Below, one piece after another: positions 1-12,688 of a DNA stretch of 64,000 nucleotides. The DNA is taken from positions 1,860,001 through 1,924,000 of the forward strand of contig OX597831.1 of assembly GCA_951406725.2 (NCBI GenBank). Direction: 5' to 3'. Position numbers and translations under genes: made by a program. The DNA is from Octopus vulgaris. Taxonomy: Eukaryota. The notes under the pieces were generated by a model. The model was not told the origin of the DNA. It made no database searches and was given only the letters and a program-made list of their open reading frames with translations. The first letter of the stretch is position 1. Every line of letters begins with the position of its first letter.

Positions 1-1862
1 TGCCAGCTGAGTAGACTGGAGCAACGTGAAATGAAGTGTTTTGCTCAAGAGCACAACGTGTCGCCCGGTCCAGGAATCGAAACCACAATCTTACAATCAT
101 GATTGCTTACACCCTAACCACTAAGCCACGCACCTCCACACATCATTATGATATATTAAAAAATTTTTTTGAAGATAATTGTAAATAGTGACAAAAACCA
201 AAAAGATACGTATATTGTGTCCTTGAGCAAGACACTTTATTTCACATTGCTCCAGTCCAATCAGCTGGCTTAAAATGAGTTGTACCGATAATTCAAATGG
301 GCCAACTTTGTCACATCCTGTGTCATACTGAATCTCTCTGAGAACTATGTTAAGAGTATGCTTGTCTGCTGAGTGCTCGGCCACTTGCATGTTATTTCAA
401 GAGCAGACTGTTCCATTGATTGGATCAACTTTAGAACACTTGTTGTTGTAACCAACAGAACGCTGGTAGTAGGTGTATGCAGAACTATATTATGTTATGT
501 GCTCTTTCTTTGTAAGATGGTAGAATGTTATTTGGAAAAGATTTTGCTGCTCTTTCTAGTAGGTCAAGCAACCATATAAAGTCTTCCCGTTTGACAGAGT
601 TTATATCAGTTACATTTATGTATTTTAGAAGTGTAGGTCACAAACAGAAGAGAGGGAGTGAGAGAGAGAGAGACCAGAGGAGGTAGTTGTTGAGAGGAAG
701 ACACAGAATGTTCTCAATAGATAATGTGTGAAATAAAAGGAGAGAGAGAGAGAGAGAGAGAAAAGCAGCTTTTGAGAGAAAGAGAGTGAGATTAAGAGAG
801 AGAGAGGAGGAGGGGAAAGAAAGAGACCAGCTGTTAATGTGTAGGTGGAAGTCATATTAAAAGTCTAGTTGTGTCAAGTAAGGGTAAGATAAAAACAAAA
901 TCAGGGAAAGAGGGCAGGAGAGCATGAGTTTATAAGAGAGAGAGGGGAGAAAAAGTAAAGGGAAAGCATAAGGTTATGAGAGAGAGAGAAAAGTATAAAA
1001 GTTGTTTCAGAGGAAGAAAGCATCTAAGCATCATGACAAAAGGAGAAAGGGTGTAAAAGATAGGAAAAAAATACGAGATATAATGATGAGGTCAAATAAC
1101 AATTATACAACAAACATGTATGGCTCCTATGAGTTCAACAAGAGAAAACCTTTAGCATTCAGAGGCAGATTTTCTACAACTGGATACTTTGCATGTTACC
1201 AACCCTTACCTGTTTCCAAGGATTGCTAGACATATTTTTGCAACCTATCAGAAATGAATGACACTGCGCGCACACACACACACACAACACACAACAGTGA
1301 CCCCAATACTTATTTTTTAAACTTGGTACTTATTCTATTGATCACTTTTGCTGAAACGCTAAGTTACATAGATGTAAACAAGCCAAACATCAGTTGTTAA
1401 CTGTTAGGGAGGAGGCATACTCACAGACATATATGCGCATATACATACACACATCCATACAATGAGCTTCTGCGCAGTTTCTGTCTACCAAATCCACTCA
1501 CAAGGCATTGCTTGGTCAGGGGCTATAGTAGAGAACACTTGCCCAAGATGTCATGCAGTAGGACTGACCCTTAAACCTTCATACAGCCATGTTTACACCT
1601 AATAACTTTTTTTAAATACTTGAATTTTTCCCTGTCCAAAATTTACTGCCAAAAAAAGCTAGGTTGGTTTTGGAGACAACTTTGGAGGACCAAAAATTCC
1701 ATGTGAAATGAAGCAGGAATTGGAAAGATAGTGGCGATGCTTGAATGTTTACACTACATTTTTGCTCTATAAACTACATTGATTATTTTCCTAAATAACA
1801 GTAAATGTATTTGAGCCGTAATTGTTCATAGTCAAACACTGTCTGTCTGTCTGTCTTTTCAG

Positions 1863-2057
1863 ATGCTTCAGAGATTGCTGCTTCTAAAATAAAAACTATT
1901 GAACAACCCACTCCAGTGCTACATATCATGAACAATTTAAACGAAATGAAAAATAATCAGGAGAAAGTAACGGCCAAGACAGCTCTTCCGATTCCTTCTG
2001 ACCAAATGAAGTGCAACATCTTAAAGGCTAAACAACTTGAAGAACAAGCTCATTCAG
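1863..2057 (+). CDS. Internal coding exon of a + strand multi-exon gene (gene starts upstream of the window)
   Basis: Pyrimidine tract and ttttcAG acceptor at 1861-1862, GTTAGT donor at 2058. 195 nt open frame (xASEIAASKIKTIEQPTP...LEEQAHS), phase 1 to 1. Confidence 0.6.
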
Positions 2058-2187
2058 GTTAGTCAGTGTTTGGCTTCTTTTGTTGATAGCACTAACAGCA
2101 AACAGGGAATGGGCAAACAAAAGTGGAGCCTTGCTATGGAGAGTTCAATTGCATGGCAGCTGTATGATATACAGTGTTGCCTTTGTT

Positions 2188-3091
2188 GCCTCTATTGCAA
2201 GCAGACCTGGACACAATGCAGCAGTGGATCATGGACTGGCAACTCAAGCTGGCTGTGGACAAATGTACCACCATGCATTTTGGGAGTAGAAACCCAGCGT
2301 CCACTTACTCCCTCCACAACACTAATCTCAAAAAGTCTTCGTGTGAACATGACCTGGGTGTTATTGTCGACAGCAATTTGCATTGGACAAAACACATCGC
2401 TAAAATTGCCAAGAAGGCTGAGGGTGTCTTGGCATCACTCACCAAGTACTTTGTGAGCCGCTCTCCAGCTATCTATCTGCGGCTTTATATAGCTATGGTA
2501 AGACCTCACCTGGAATTTGCATCACCGATCTGGAACCCCTATCTTGCCCAGGATATTAATCGTCTGGAAGCTGTTCAGTGACGTGCAACCAAAAGAATAC
2601 CCTCCATCAGGCATTTTCCATATTCTGAGCGCCTTACTTCCCTGGGCATGGACACATTGAAACTCCGACGTCTGGCAGCTGACTTGGCAGACACCCATAA
2701 AATTATTAACCATCTTACAAACAATAACTCTGAGCACCTTTTCAAACTCCACCTGTCTAACACCCGTGGACATGTTTACAAAGTCAGAAAACAGCACAGC
2801 TCTCATGACTTTCGGAAACATTTTTTCATGCTAAGAGTTGCTGAAGCATGGAACAAACTGCTGGCATCAGTTGTTAGTTGTCGGAGCACTGCATCCTTCA
2901 AAACTTCCATGCTTCCTGAGATTCGCAACACTACACCTGATTTTCTCCCCTCCATACATGCGCAAGCATGTATCTGACTCATACACTGTTCACTTCCCAG
3001 ACATTTGTACATTAAGGCACGTGCTTTATACACACTTTTGACAAGTTGTGGTGCACCTGAGCACTGTATACTATAATTTCATTATTATTAT
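2188..3091 (+). mobile_element. 5'-truncated CR1-clade LINE (RT C-terminus and 3' tail)
   Basis: ORFs 2174-2581 and 2648-2977 carry DLGVIVD, LYIAMVRPHLEFASPIWNP and FFMLRVAEAWNKL. One in-frame stop, (ATT)n tail. Confidence 0.9.
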
Positions 3092-4622
3092 TAACAACAA
3101 ACAGGGAATGGGCAAACAAAAGTGGACCCTTGCTATGGAGAGTTCAATTGCATGGCAGCTGTATGATATACGGGGTTGCCTTTGTTAATATGGCAAGTAA
3201 TGAAACAGAGCAGTGGGATGAAAGAAATCTTCATCACCAACCTTTTAAGTAATGTAGTCTCAGGTTCAGTCCCATTGCACAACACCTTGGATAAGTGTCT
3301 TCTACAATAACTCTGGGTTAGTCACAATCTTGTGAGTGTTTTGATAGAGTGAAACTAGAAGAAGCTTGACAAATACATAAATGTGTGTGTGCGTGTACCC
3401 TCGACTTAACCTTATGTGGTCGTTGTACGAGAATATCACTGTTATACAAGCAAAGCTGTTTGTTTCCAGTCTTCTGTGAAAAAACATGTTTGGCAGCCAC
3501 AGGGGAAGTATTACCTTGCATGGAAATTGGAGGGTTGGCTACTGGAAGGGCATCTGACCATAGAAAAACTGCCTCAGCGAATCCTATCTGACACATGCAA
3601 GCTTGAAAAAGTGAATGTTAAAACGATGATGATGATGGTTTTTGAGCCAAGAAGAAAGCCTCAATATGCTAGAAATAGCAGTCAAGTTTTCTTCAAATCA
3701 GATACTATTCTTTTGAAAAAGACAAAGACACTGGATAATGTAGTCCTATATATACACATATGACAATTGGAATGTTTTTGATCACAGGTCTACTGGATCA
3801 GGGCTAACCTGAAGTTAAACAACAATGGAGCCTCTAAATGGTTTGCTTGACTTGCTTGAAATAGCAGCCAATTCTCTTTCAATTTACATCCTGTTGCTTT
3901 TATTTATTTTTTTCTTAGCAGAGAAGGCAGTGCTCATGACCCTTCACATGGCCTCAGAGTGGTGGCAGAAAGGAAGTGGGGAGAATGATATTTTCAAACC
4001 AAACCTGATCTGAATGCTTACAACATAGTGGTGTCAACTAAAGGTACCCAAGGACCAAATGGTGGTGTTAAACTAGGCAATGAATTAAGTCTGTAGTAGT
4101 AAGATATTTGGCTGCTATTTCTAACAGGTTGACCATGTAAGGGCTCCTTCATTGGCTCCTGCATTCTTTGAAATTTGTTGGTGGTGGTGTTATTATTTAG
4201 CCTTAGGTCTGTCTTAACAGAACCGACAGCTCTCTGATTAAAAGCCAATCCAGCCATGACCATTCTGTCATTTCTGGTATAGTGTAACCTGGTTAACATT
4301 AGCCAATGCTTCTTTTTATAAGACAATAGCTTGTAGTTCAAAGGAGATTTGGCTGCTATTACTAGCATGTTGAGTGACCATATAGAATCTACCTTATTTG
4401 TTGTTATTGCTGTTTCTTTTGCTGTTATTTTTTGTGGTTGTTTCTGCTCATCTTTTGTTGTTGTTGTCAGTTTTATCAAAGTAAAACTCTTGTAATTTCT
4501 TTTGTTCCAGTGAAAACAGAAGTTATCACAGAATTCTCTGCCAAGTAAGTTACTCATTAACACAGCTTTAATTAATTAATTAATTAAATACTTCCAACCC
4601 TGTATGCATATATATATATGTT

Positions 4623-4729
<107 letters not shown>

Positions 4730-5176
4730 CTGCGTATGTTTGTGTATGTGCATCTTAGTTTGTGTTCGGTATCTTTTTTGTTTCCCCCTCTGTTCAGTGA
4801 TGGAAATATATGCGGTACCCAGGGGTATGGCACTCCCCTACTTTTCAACTCTTAGAGAGAAGGGTAGCTCATAGTACCTACTCCTACTATTTCAGCCTCA
4901 GTCTTTTGGACCTTAACCATACCCTTGCTTCTAATACCGATTTCCACCACTGCCTATGTTTATTTACAAACCTCCTCCGCTATGAAGCTGGTGGTTTAGG
5001 GTCCACATGTTGCATGGTCTTTAATTAACTGTACGGTGTTGTGGCAGTTTACCTGTTGACCCTCTTTTGGCATGCGTCACACTTATTTGCATTGATTCAT
5101 GTGTTTCACATACACTGTAAGGGGAAGGGAGAGGGTTCAACTCAGCAAAGTTTGAGAAATAAGTTTGATTCCTTAA

Positions 5177-5396
5177 CCCTTTTGTTACCAACCCGGCTGA
5201 AACCGGCTTTGGCTCTGTGTACAAATGTCTTGTTTTCATAAGTTTTGAATTAAAATCTTCCACTAAACTTTAGTCACAATTTATGTTCCCAACACTAGCT
5301 TAATGATAACTAAGTAATTTTACTAAATTCTTTGTTATATTTAAAGTAACTGAAAGAAACACAGAGCATCTCAAAATAAATACAGTAACGAAAGGG
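5177..5396. mobile_element. TTAA-flanked (piggyBac/Kolobok-like) MITE
   Basis: TTAA|CCCTTT...AAAGGG|TTAA. Homologous copies at 44705-45089 and about 49630-49846, 51362-51550 and 19680-20040. Confidence 0.7.
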
Positions 5397-5664
5397 TTAA
5401 ACAAACAACAGATCTCGAATGATTTGAATTGAGTGCTTCAAGAATAGATAGTTCCTTGTTGATTTTGAACATACAAATTCTTCCATGAGAAAAAAAAATG
5501 TTTAAAAAAATGTATAAACAAAGTTGAGGAGGAAGGGCAGAGGGAAGGAAGAGTAAAAAAAATGTGATACGTTTATTTTTTTTGTCCTTTTTTTTTTTGT
5601 CTCACAACTCCGCATTTGCATTAAAGTATTTGTTACCAGTATTATGAGGTGATCTTCATTTCAG

Positions 5665-5853
5665 AGCTGAGATATCTAACAATGAAGAGGATGTTTACAA
5701 TGATGTTGATGTTGACAATGATAACGATGATGTCACTGACGCTGCAAACTCTTCAACAACAACTTCTAGCACTAATATAATGTCTGATAATGGACTGCAG
5801 GGAGAACACACTGAAGATGCCTTCTCAACCAATTGTAACTCTAATGAGAAAAG
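5665..5853 (+). CDS. Internal coding exon, acidic with an EEDVYNDVD tyrosine motif
   Basis: tttcAG acceptor and GTATCT donor at 5854. Open frame AEISNNEEDVYNDVDVDNDNDD...NSNEK ends in phase 2, matching the exon at 14284. The 5' phase fits the 1863 exon only if the AG at 5665-5666 is used. Confidence 0.65.
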
Positions 5854-5974
5854 GTATCTACATACTGCCCCTTTGGTAAATCTGGCGCTAACCTTAGATC
5901 TTAGAAAAGCCAGCCAGCCAACCAGCTATAGCCATTAACAACCAAGTAGTCTTCAGCAAACTAATTTAGATGCT

Positions 5975-6035
<61 letters not shown>

Positions 6036-6554
6036 CATTATTGATACTACTACTACTACTTTCTTCTTTTTGCAAATTAAACTGCTTCATTAATTAACAT
6101 ATGCTCGTTCACATCAGCTTGTTTATGTGTTGGATCCGAGATCAATGAACCATCAGAGACAACGTGATTAATGATGTGTGATGATTGAAGGATTTGCAAA
6201 AAGATGGTTTTATTAACAGAAAAATGTAGAAACTGCTGAAAATTCTCAGCAACATTTTTTACTTCTGCTGTTGCTAACCAATATTAACATTAACTGTTTG
6301 TGCTCATTACTAATGTAAATACTAATGATTTACTAATTAACTGCTTCAATACTTTAACATATACTAACCATGGTGATAGGTTTGTGTGGACATGTATTTA
6401 TATATATGTAAATTTTAATTTAGAGTATCTAAGAGATACCACCACGCTGGAAATAGCAGTCAAAACTTGACTCTAAAACCACATTAAATGTTCATACAGC
6501 ACCAGGAGAGAAGACAAAGAGACAAAATAAACTAGCAAAAAAATTACTGGATAA

Positions 6555-6611
6555 TTCCAGTTCCTGGATTTCTGGCTCTTCATAAGAAATGCTCTGCCTT
6601 CATCAGTGGAA
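6555..6611 (-). ncRNA. Hammerhead motif, family 1 left arm, probably inactive
   Basis: Reverse complement ttccaCTGATGAaggc...gccaGAAAtccaggaACtggaa. The U of the NUH triplet is mutated to A. Confidence 0.6.
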
Positions 6612-6751
6612 TATACTCAGATAGCACATAAATAGAAATATATATATATATATACAACATACGATATACTTACATACACAAATGTATGTATACATTCGTG
6701 TATGTATATATATATATATATATATTTGTATTTATGTGCTTTCTGAGTATA

Positions 6752-6808
6752 TTCCACTGATGAAGGCAGAGCATTTCTTATGCAGAGCCAGAAATCCGGG
6801 ATCTGGAA
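6752..6808 (+). ncRNA. Type I hammerhead ribozyme motif, family 1 (right arm of fold-back 6551-6810)
   Basis: TTCCA-CTGATGA-a-GGC...GCC-a-GAAA-tccggg-ATC-TGGAA. Stem I is ttcca/tggaa, stem III is short, cleavage triplet AUC. Confidence 0.75.
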
Positions 6809-7095
6809 ATATAAGTCTGAGATGACTGCATGAAATGATTTAAGCCAGCCTTAGGCAAACAGTAGCCCATGGGACCTTCTGAATGACATGCTGAAATGTC
6901 TTTAGTGGTGCAGCCCACCTGATGATGAACCATATCTCATACAGCTCACTTCTTGAGAAAGATTGCTTGTGCTTGATTTAAGCCATAACTGGGTGGGGAT
7001 TCCAGAAAAAAGCACTTCTGGTGAGAAAAAGTTGGAAAGATACTTAACTCGTCATTTGGTTTATACCATCACCTGGTCCTTGATTGCCTTTAGTG

Positions 7096-7324
7096 CAGTG
7101 TTTCTTAACCATTTTTTGCCTATAGACCCTTTTTTACTCTACTGGATCTTATTTTACTCTACTGGATCCCCCATATTTGTTATAATTAAATATTGTTAGG
7201 ACTTGTATTTAAAAATGCTATTAAAATATTTTGTGTAGAGTAGAAGTGTAACCAATTTATTGCAAATAAATTTTTAACAACAAAACTTTATACGGACCAT
7301 ATGGCCCTCAGTTGAGAACTACTG
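7096..7324. mobile_element. hAT-type MITE with an 8-bp TSD
   Basis: Ends CAGTGTTTCTTAAC / GTTGAGAACTACTG, flanked on both sides by CTTTAGTG. Confidence 0.8.
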
Positions 7325-8281
7325 CTTTAGTGGAATCCACTCTGATGCAAGCATTCAAGCCAGGTTTCCAGTTTCAGAACTTCATCACTTTCTCCTACCA
7401 ATCTTAATGGCCCTGAAAAAAAAAACGAAAACAAGGTTATGAGTTCTTCCCTCCTCTCTGCTTTAAAGGTAACCAAAGTGGTTTGAGGACAAGGGATAAG
7501 GTGGTCAAGCACAATAGGGATATTACACAGAGTGGTGGAAATGTTTGGGGGATGAGGTAGTTAGATCATGCTTGGGCAACTAAAATGGAGCAAGGGGTTC
7601 GTTCACATTATGCAGGGGTTTTTTTTAGGAGCAGCACTTTTCATGTATGTTATTGTGATTTTATGAGGATGGAAGTAGGGGCTTTCAAACTCAAGACCCT
7701 ACCTCCTCCCCAGGAGACACAAACTCTAGGTATACCACCACATCAACCCCTTCTCATGTCTCTAGTTCCAGACAGACTAGATTTTGCTATGTCCTCCATG
7801 CTACCTTACTAACAACCTCACCCTTATACTTACTATACCTTCTCCATCACTAATTTGTTTTTTCTAACAATCAACCAAGAATAATTCCAATCTTACAATC
7901 ACTTTTTTCCAGAAAATAAAACCAGGCACAAGAAGTTTCCAGGAAAATTTCAAATTTTTATTCATTGCCTATGTTATAAGAATTTAGAAATTCAAGAGAC
8001 AAGAAATAATTCCTTTTTCAATGGTGAAATGATTCATTCTCTGTGTGTTATCCTATGTACTCTTTTACTTCTTTCAGTCATTTGACTGTGGCCTTGCTGG
8101 AGCACTGCCTTTAATCCAGCAAATCAACCCCAGGACTTATTCTTTTGAAGCCTAGTACTTATTCTATCGGTCTCCTTTGCTGAACCGCTAAGTTACGGGG
8201 ACGTAAACACACCAGCATCGGTTGTCAAGTGATGTTGGTGGGGACAAACACAGACACACAAACATATACACATACATACAT

Positions 8282-8333
<52 letters not shown>

Positions 8334-8726
8334 GACGGGCTTCTTTCAGTTTCTGCCTACCAAATCCACTCACAAGGCTTTGGTCGGATCGAGGCTGAGC
8401 TGGCAGAATCGTTAGCACGTCGGGTGAAATGCTTAGCGTTATTTCGTCTGCCGCTACGTTCTGAGTTCGAATTCCGCCGAGGTCGACTTTGCCTTTCATC
8501 CTTTCGGGGTCGATAAATAAAGTACCAGTTTCGTACTGGGGTCGTTGTAATCGACTTAATCCCTTTGTCTGTCCTTATTTGTCCCCTCTGTGTTTAGCCC
8601 CTTGTGGGCAATAAAGAAATATATAGAAGACACTTGCCCAAGGTGCCACGCAGTGGGACTGAATCCAAAACCATGTGGTTTGTAAGCAAGCTACTTACCA
8701 CACAGCCACTCCTACATCTATAAAAA

Positions 8727-8832
8727 AAAATATGGAACACTTCACAAATCTGCGAGTCATCCTTGCGGAGGGGTCATACTAATCTTCTCAGTATCATTCC
8801 AATTTTAGAATATGTACCGCTGTAACTAGTAC
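8727..8832 (-). pseudogene. RNU6: U6 snRNA pseudogene (full length, diverged)
   Basis: Reverse complement aligns by eye with U6 along its length (...CTAAAATTGGAATGATACTGAGAAGATTAGTATGACCCC...GTTCCATATTTT). ACAGAGA box is ACTGAGA and the AGC triad is AGT. Confidence 0.9.
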
Positions 8833-9654
8833 TTTTTATGCACTTTTGGTTACTTTTTCTGATGTGTTGTAGTGCACCTGAGCATTGTATATGATAAGTT
8901 CATTATTATCATAAATAATACTAAGGTGGCAAACTGACGGAATTGTTAGCCTGCAAGGCACAATGTTTAGCAGCATTTCGTCCATCTTTACGTTCTGAGT
9001 TCAAATCCTGCCAAGATCAACTTTGCCTTTCATCCTTCTGGGGTTGATAAAATAAGTACCAGCTGAGCACTGGGGGTTGATGTAATCAACTTTCCCCCTC
9101 CCTCAAAATTGCTGGCCTCGTGCCAAAATTCAAAACCACTATTATAATTAACAGTATGCTTTTACTACTGAAAGGGATTTTTTAACCCAACATTCTACAT
9201 GCTATTATTTATAGCTTTATCTACTTCGAGATCCACCATTAAAAAGGAATTATTTGTTGGTTTTATTTAATATTGTCTATAGTTTTTGAATTTAAATGTG
9301 TTTTTGTTTTTGTGTTTACTTATGTGTATGTTTGTATGTGTGTTAATGTGGTAAGTAAAAGTGTGCCGTTTACCTCACCAAAATCAAGAAGTATAAGTAC
9401 TGAGCAGATTCAATGGATCATTTTCACTGGATAAATTCATAGGACTCTGTCCCAGTACTGCTGGACAACTGCTAATATTGCTGGACAACTTTTATCTGCT
9501 ACTCATATATTTATGGTTTTAAGTACTGTATGTCCATGAGAGATATTATCTACTGATGAATACCACAGTTAATTTGCATTAAGTATAATATGCAGATAGC
9601 TATTTTATTCTACTACTGCTTCTGTTGCATATAATACATTATTATTATTATTAT

Positions 9655-10170
9655 TGAGTGAGAGAGCAGTGCATGCCATCAAAGTGACCCTGGGGTAAAA
9701 TATACGAAGCCCAGTATACCTATTATGACTACCCGTCTGAGAAGGGTACACTAGGCACATGCATCACAACCATATGTGTGTGACATGGTGATCTCATATC
9801 AAGATAAACAGCACATGACCTTGCAGGTGGGGCCCAGTTAGAATTTTCTTCTGGTCGAGTAACCCATCCCGTTCAAAAGGTCCCTGAATAAGGGTTGTTT
9901 AAGGATGTTGAATGAAACACCCATGTTTTCAGAGGTGAATTATTCAAACCCCAAAGAATCCCTCTCAACACATGGCTATGATGCTCCCCCACTACTTCTG
10001 CTTGTGACCAGAGATGCACATATCGTCAGCCACTAAGGGACATGCTCAACTGGTTAAGGTCAAACAACTGACAAGCAAATCTGTGGTATTGAGCAGAATA
10101 TTTGCTGTAGCCCATCTTTTATACCAAGACAAAACAATGTACATGATGCTCCCCCACTACTTCTGCTTGT
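9655..10170. repeat. Interspersed repeat inserted in (ATT)n, partial second copy at 10697-10905
   Basis: Both copies begin gagtgagagagcagtgcatgccatcaaagtgac immediately after (ATT)n. Confidence 0.65.
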
Positions 10171-11169
10171 GATTATTTGTTATTATCAAGATGGCAAGCT
10201 GGCAGAATTGTTAGCATGCCAGACAAAATACTTAGCAGTATTTCATGTCTTTACAATCTGGGATCAACTTTGCCTTTCGTCCTTTTGAGGTTGATAGATT
10301 AAGTACCTTTCATCTTTTCAGGGTCAATGAAATAACTACACTGGAGTTGTTGTAATCAACTATCCCCCTCCCCCAAAATTTCAGACCTTGAGCCTTTTGT
10401 AGAAAGGATTATTATTATTATTACTATTATTATTATTATTAAGGCGAAAAGCATACTGAATGTTTAGCTGCATTTCGTCCCTCTTTACGTTCTGAGTTCA
10501 AATCCTGCCAAGATCAACTTTGCCTTTCATCCTTTCGGGGTCAATTAAAATAAGTACCAGTTGAGTACTGGGGTCGATGTAATTGACTAACACTCTCTAC
10601 CAAACTTGCTGTCCTTGGGCCAAAATTTGAAATCATCATCATTATTATTATTACTATTATTATTATTATTATTATCATTATTATTATTATTATTATTGAG
10701 TGAGAGAGCAGTGCATGCCATCAAAGTGACACTGGGGTAAAATATACGAAGCCCAGTATACCCATCATGACTACCTGTCTGATAAGGGTACACTAGGCAC
10801 ATGCATCACAACTATATGTGCGCGGCATGGTGATCTCATAACAAGATAAACAGCGCATGACCTTGTGGGTGGGGCCCAGTTAGAATTTTCTTCTGGTTGG
10901 GTAACCCTATTATTATTATTATTATCATTATTATTATTATTATTATTGATTCTCAGTGGTACAAGGCCTTGAGTTCTTTATTTTAACAGTGGTTTACTAA
11001 TGAATAAACTAACACTTTAGTATGTGTTTGCATGTGAGGGATTTAAACCAAAATGAGCAAAGAGAAATAACTCAGATTGGCCAGTGGCATGTTGTTGAAT
11101 GTGGCTGACAAATACAAGTGTATATTAGTTACAATTGACGGATATTTGTCCTCATCTCGTTTGTTGTTA

Positions 11170-11213
11170 ACATAACGTTTCAGCTGATATACCCTCCAGC
11201 CTTCATCAGGTGT
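11170..11213 (-). ncRNA. Minimal type I hammerhead ribozyme motif, family 2 (inverted arm)
   Basis: Reverse complement acacCTGATGAaggctggagggtatatcagctGAAAcgTTatgt, with palindromic AACGTT at stem III. Confidence 0.7.
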
Positions 11214-11388
11214 CTTGGGGAAATTTCGAACCCGGGTTTTCATTCCTAAGGGCATATGGCATAGTGGTTAAGAGCGTGGGCTATTAACCCCAAGATTCTG
11301 AGTTCAATTTCAGGCAGTGACCTGAATAATAATAATAATATCGAAAAAAACCTTAGGAATGAGAACCCATGTTCAAAATTTCCCCAAG

Positions 11389-11432
11389 ACACCTGATGAA
11401 GGCTGGAGGGTATACCAGCCGAAACATTGTGT
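11389..11432 (+). ncRNA. Minimal type I hammerhead ribozyme motif, family 2
   Basis: ACAC-CTGATGA-a-GGCTGG-agggtata-CCAGCC-GAAA-ca-TT-GTGT, with a perfect 6-bp stem II and stem I acac/gtgt. Confidence 0.75.
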
Positions 11433-12618
11433 TAACAACAAACAAGATGAGGACAAATATCCATCAATTGTAAATAATGTACATAATTCCTCATCTCTTA
11501 AATATAGAACTGTAAATACAAGTAAGTATATCAAATACCAGACAATATAAATTTTTCATTTATTAAAATTACCTCCACCTATGTGTGTCTGTGTGTGTTT
11601 GTATATATGTGGCAATATGTATACCCATTGATGTACAGAAAACTCGAGAAACAATACTCAATACAGGAAGTAGAGTATAATATTTCCTTATTAAGAGCTG
11701 AAACTGTCTCATTACAGCAGTCAAGAAGATACCAGTCGACTAAAGAAACCCAAATCTATCAGCTCAACTTCGTCCACATCCAGTTGTAACGGGTAACTAT
11801 TTGAGTTATTGCCTCTATTTCTTTTTTCTTTTACTTGTTTCAGCCATTTGATTATGGCCATGTTGGAGCACCACCTTGGAGACTCTTTTAAGCAAATGAA
11901 TCAACCCAGTACTTATTTATTCTATCAGTCTCTTTTGCCAAACCACTAAGTTACAGTGACCTTAGCACATCAGCACTGGCTGTCAAGCACACACACACAC
12001 ACACACACACATATACATACATATATGACTGGTTTCTTTCAGTTTCCATCTGTAAAATCCATTCACAAGGCTTTGGTCAACCCTGAGACTATAGTAGAAG
12101 ACACTTGCCCAAGGTGCCACGCAGTGGAAGTGAACACAGAACCATGTGGTTGAGAAGCAAGCTTCTTACCACACAGCCATGCCTGTTTATTTATTTTTAT
12201 TGATGATGAGAATTCTCTTGTGTATTATTACTAAATTCCATGAGTCACTAGGAGTTAGTTTGAACCATGCCATCACAGAGACTTTTTCTCTGAGCACTGA
12301 TAGAACTTGATCACTTGGTTACATCAACATCATATTTGATTAAAGATTTTAAATCCAAAAGAGCACACCCAGTAACAAGGGTCAATCAACAGTTACTTGC
12401 TATGAAGGTTATTTTATTTTAAATCTAGCACTCTAAGACTCAACCAGTGTCTATTTTTTTGTATATTGATCTAGACTTCCTTCTGTCTATTTATCTACCC
12501 AACCACCTATCTACATCTTCACTATCTATCTATCTATCTGTCTACCTATCCATCCACCCATTCATCCATCTCTATCTATCTATCTATCTATCTATCCATC
12601 TGTCTGTCTATCTATCTG

Positions 12619-12688
<70 letters not shown>

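Larger units (their letters stand above)
11120..11513 (+). mobile_element. tRNA-headed, hammerhead-containing SINE-like element with an inverted 5' duplication and a 10-bp TSD
   Basis: A-box TGGCATAGTGG and B-box GAGTTCAATT at about 11251-11322. Arms 11120-11251 and 11351-11483 are inverted copies. Flanked by AAATACAAGT at 11110-11119 and 11514-11523. Confidence 0.75.

Noticed and set aside
6915-6975. CTGATGA...GAAA near 6919
   Set aside because: No convincing stem I or stem II pairing, so not called a hammerhead.
11251-11322. tRNA gene (also other A/B-box heads)
   Set aside because: No intact cloverleaf or acceptor stem. These are SINE heads.
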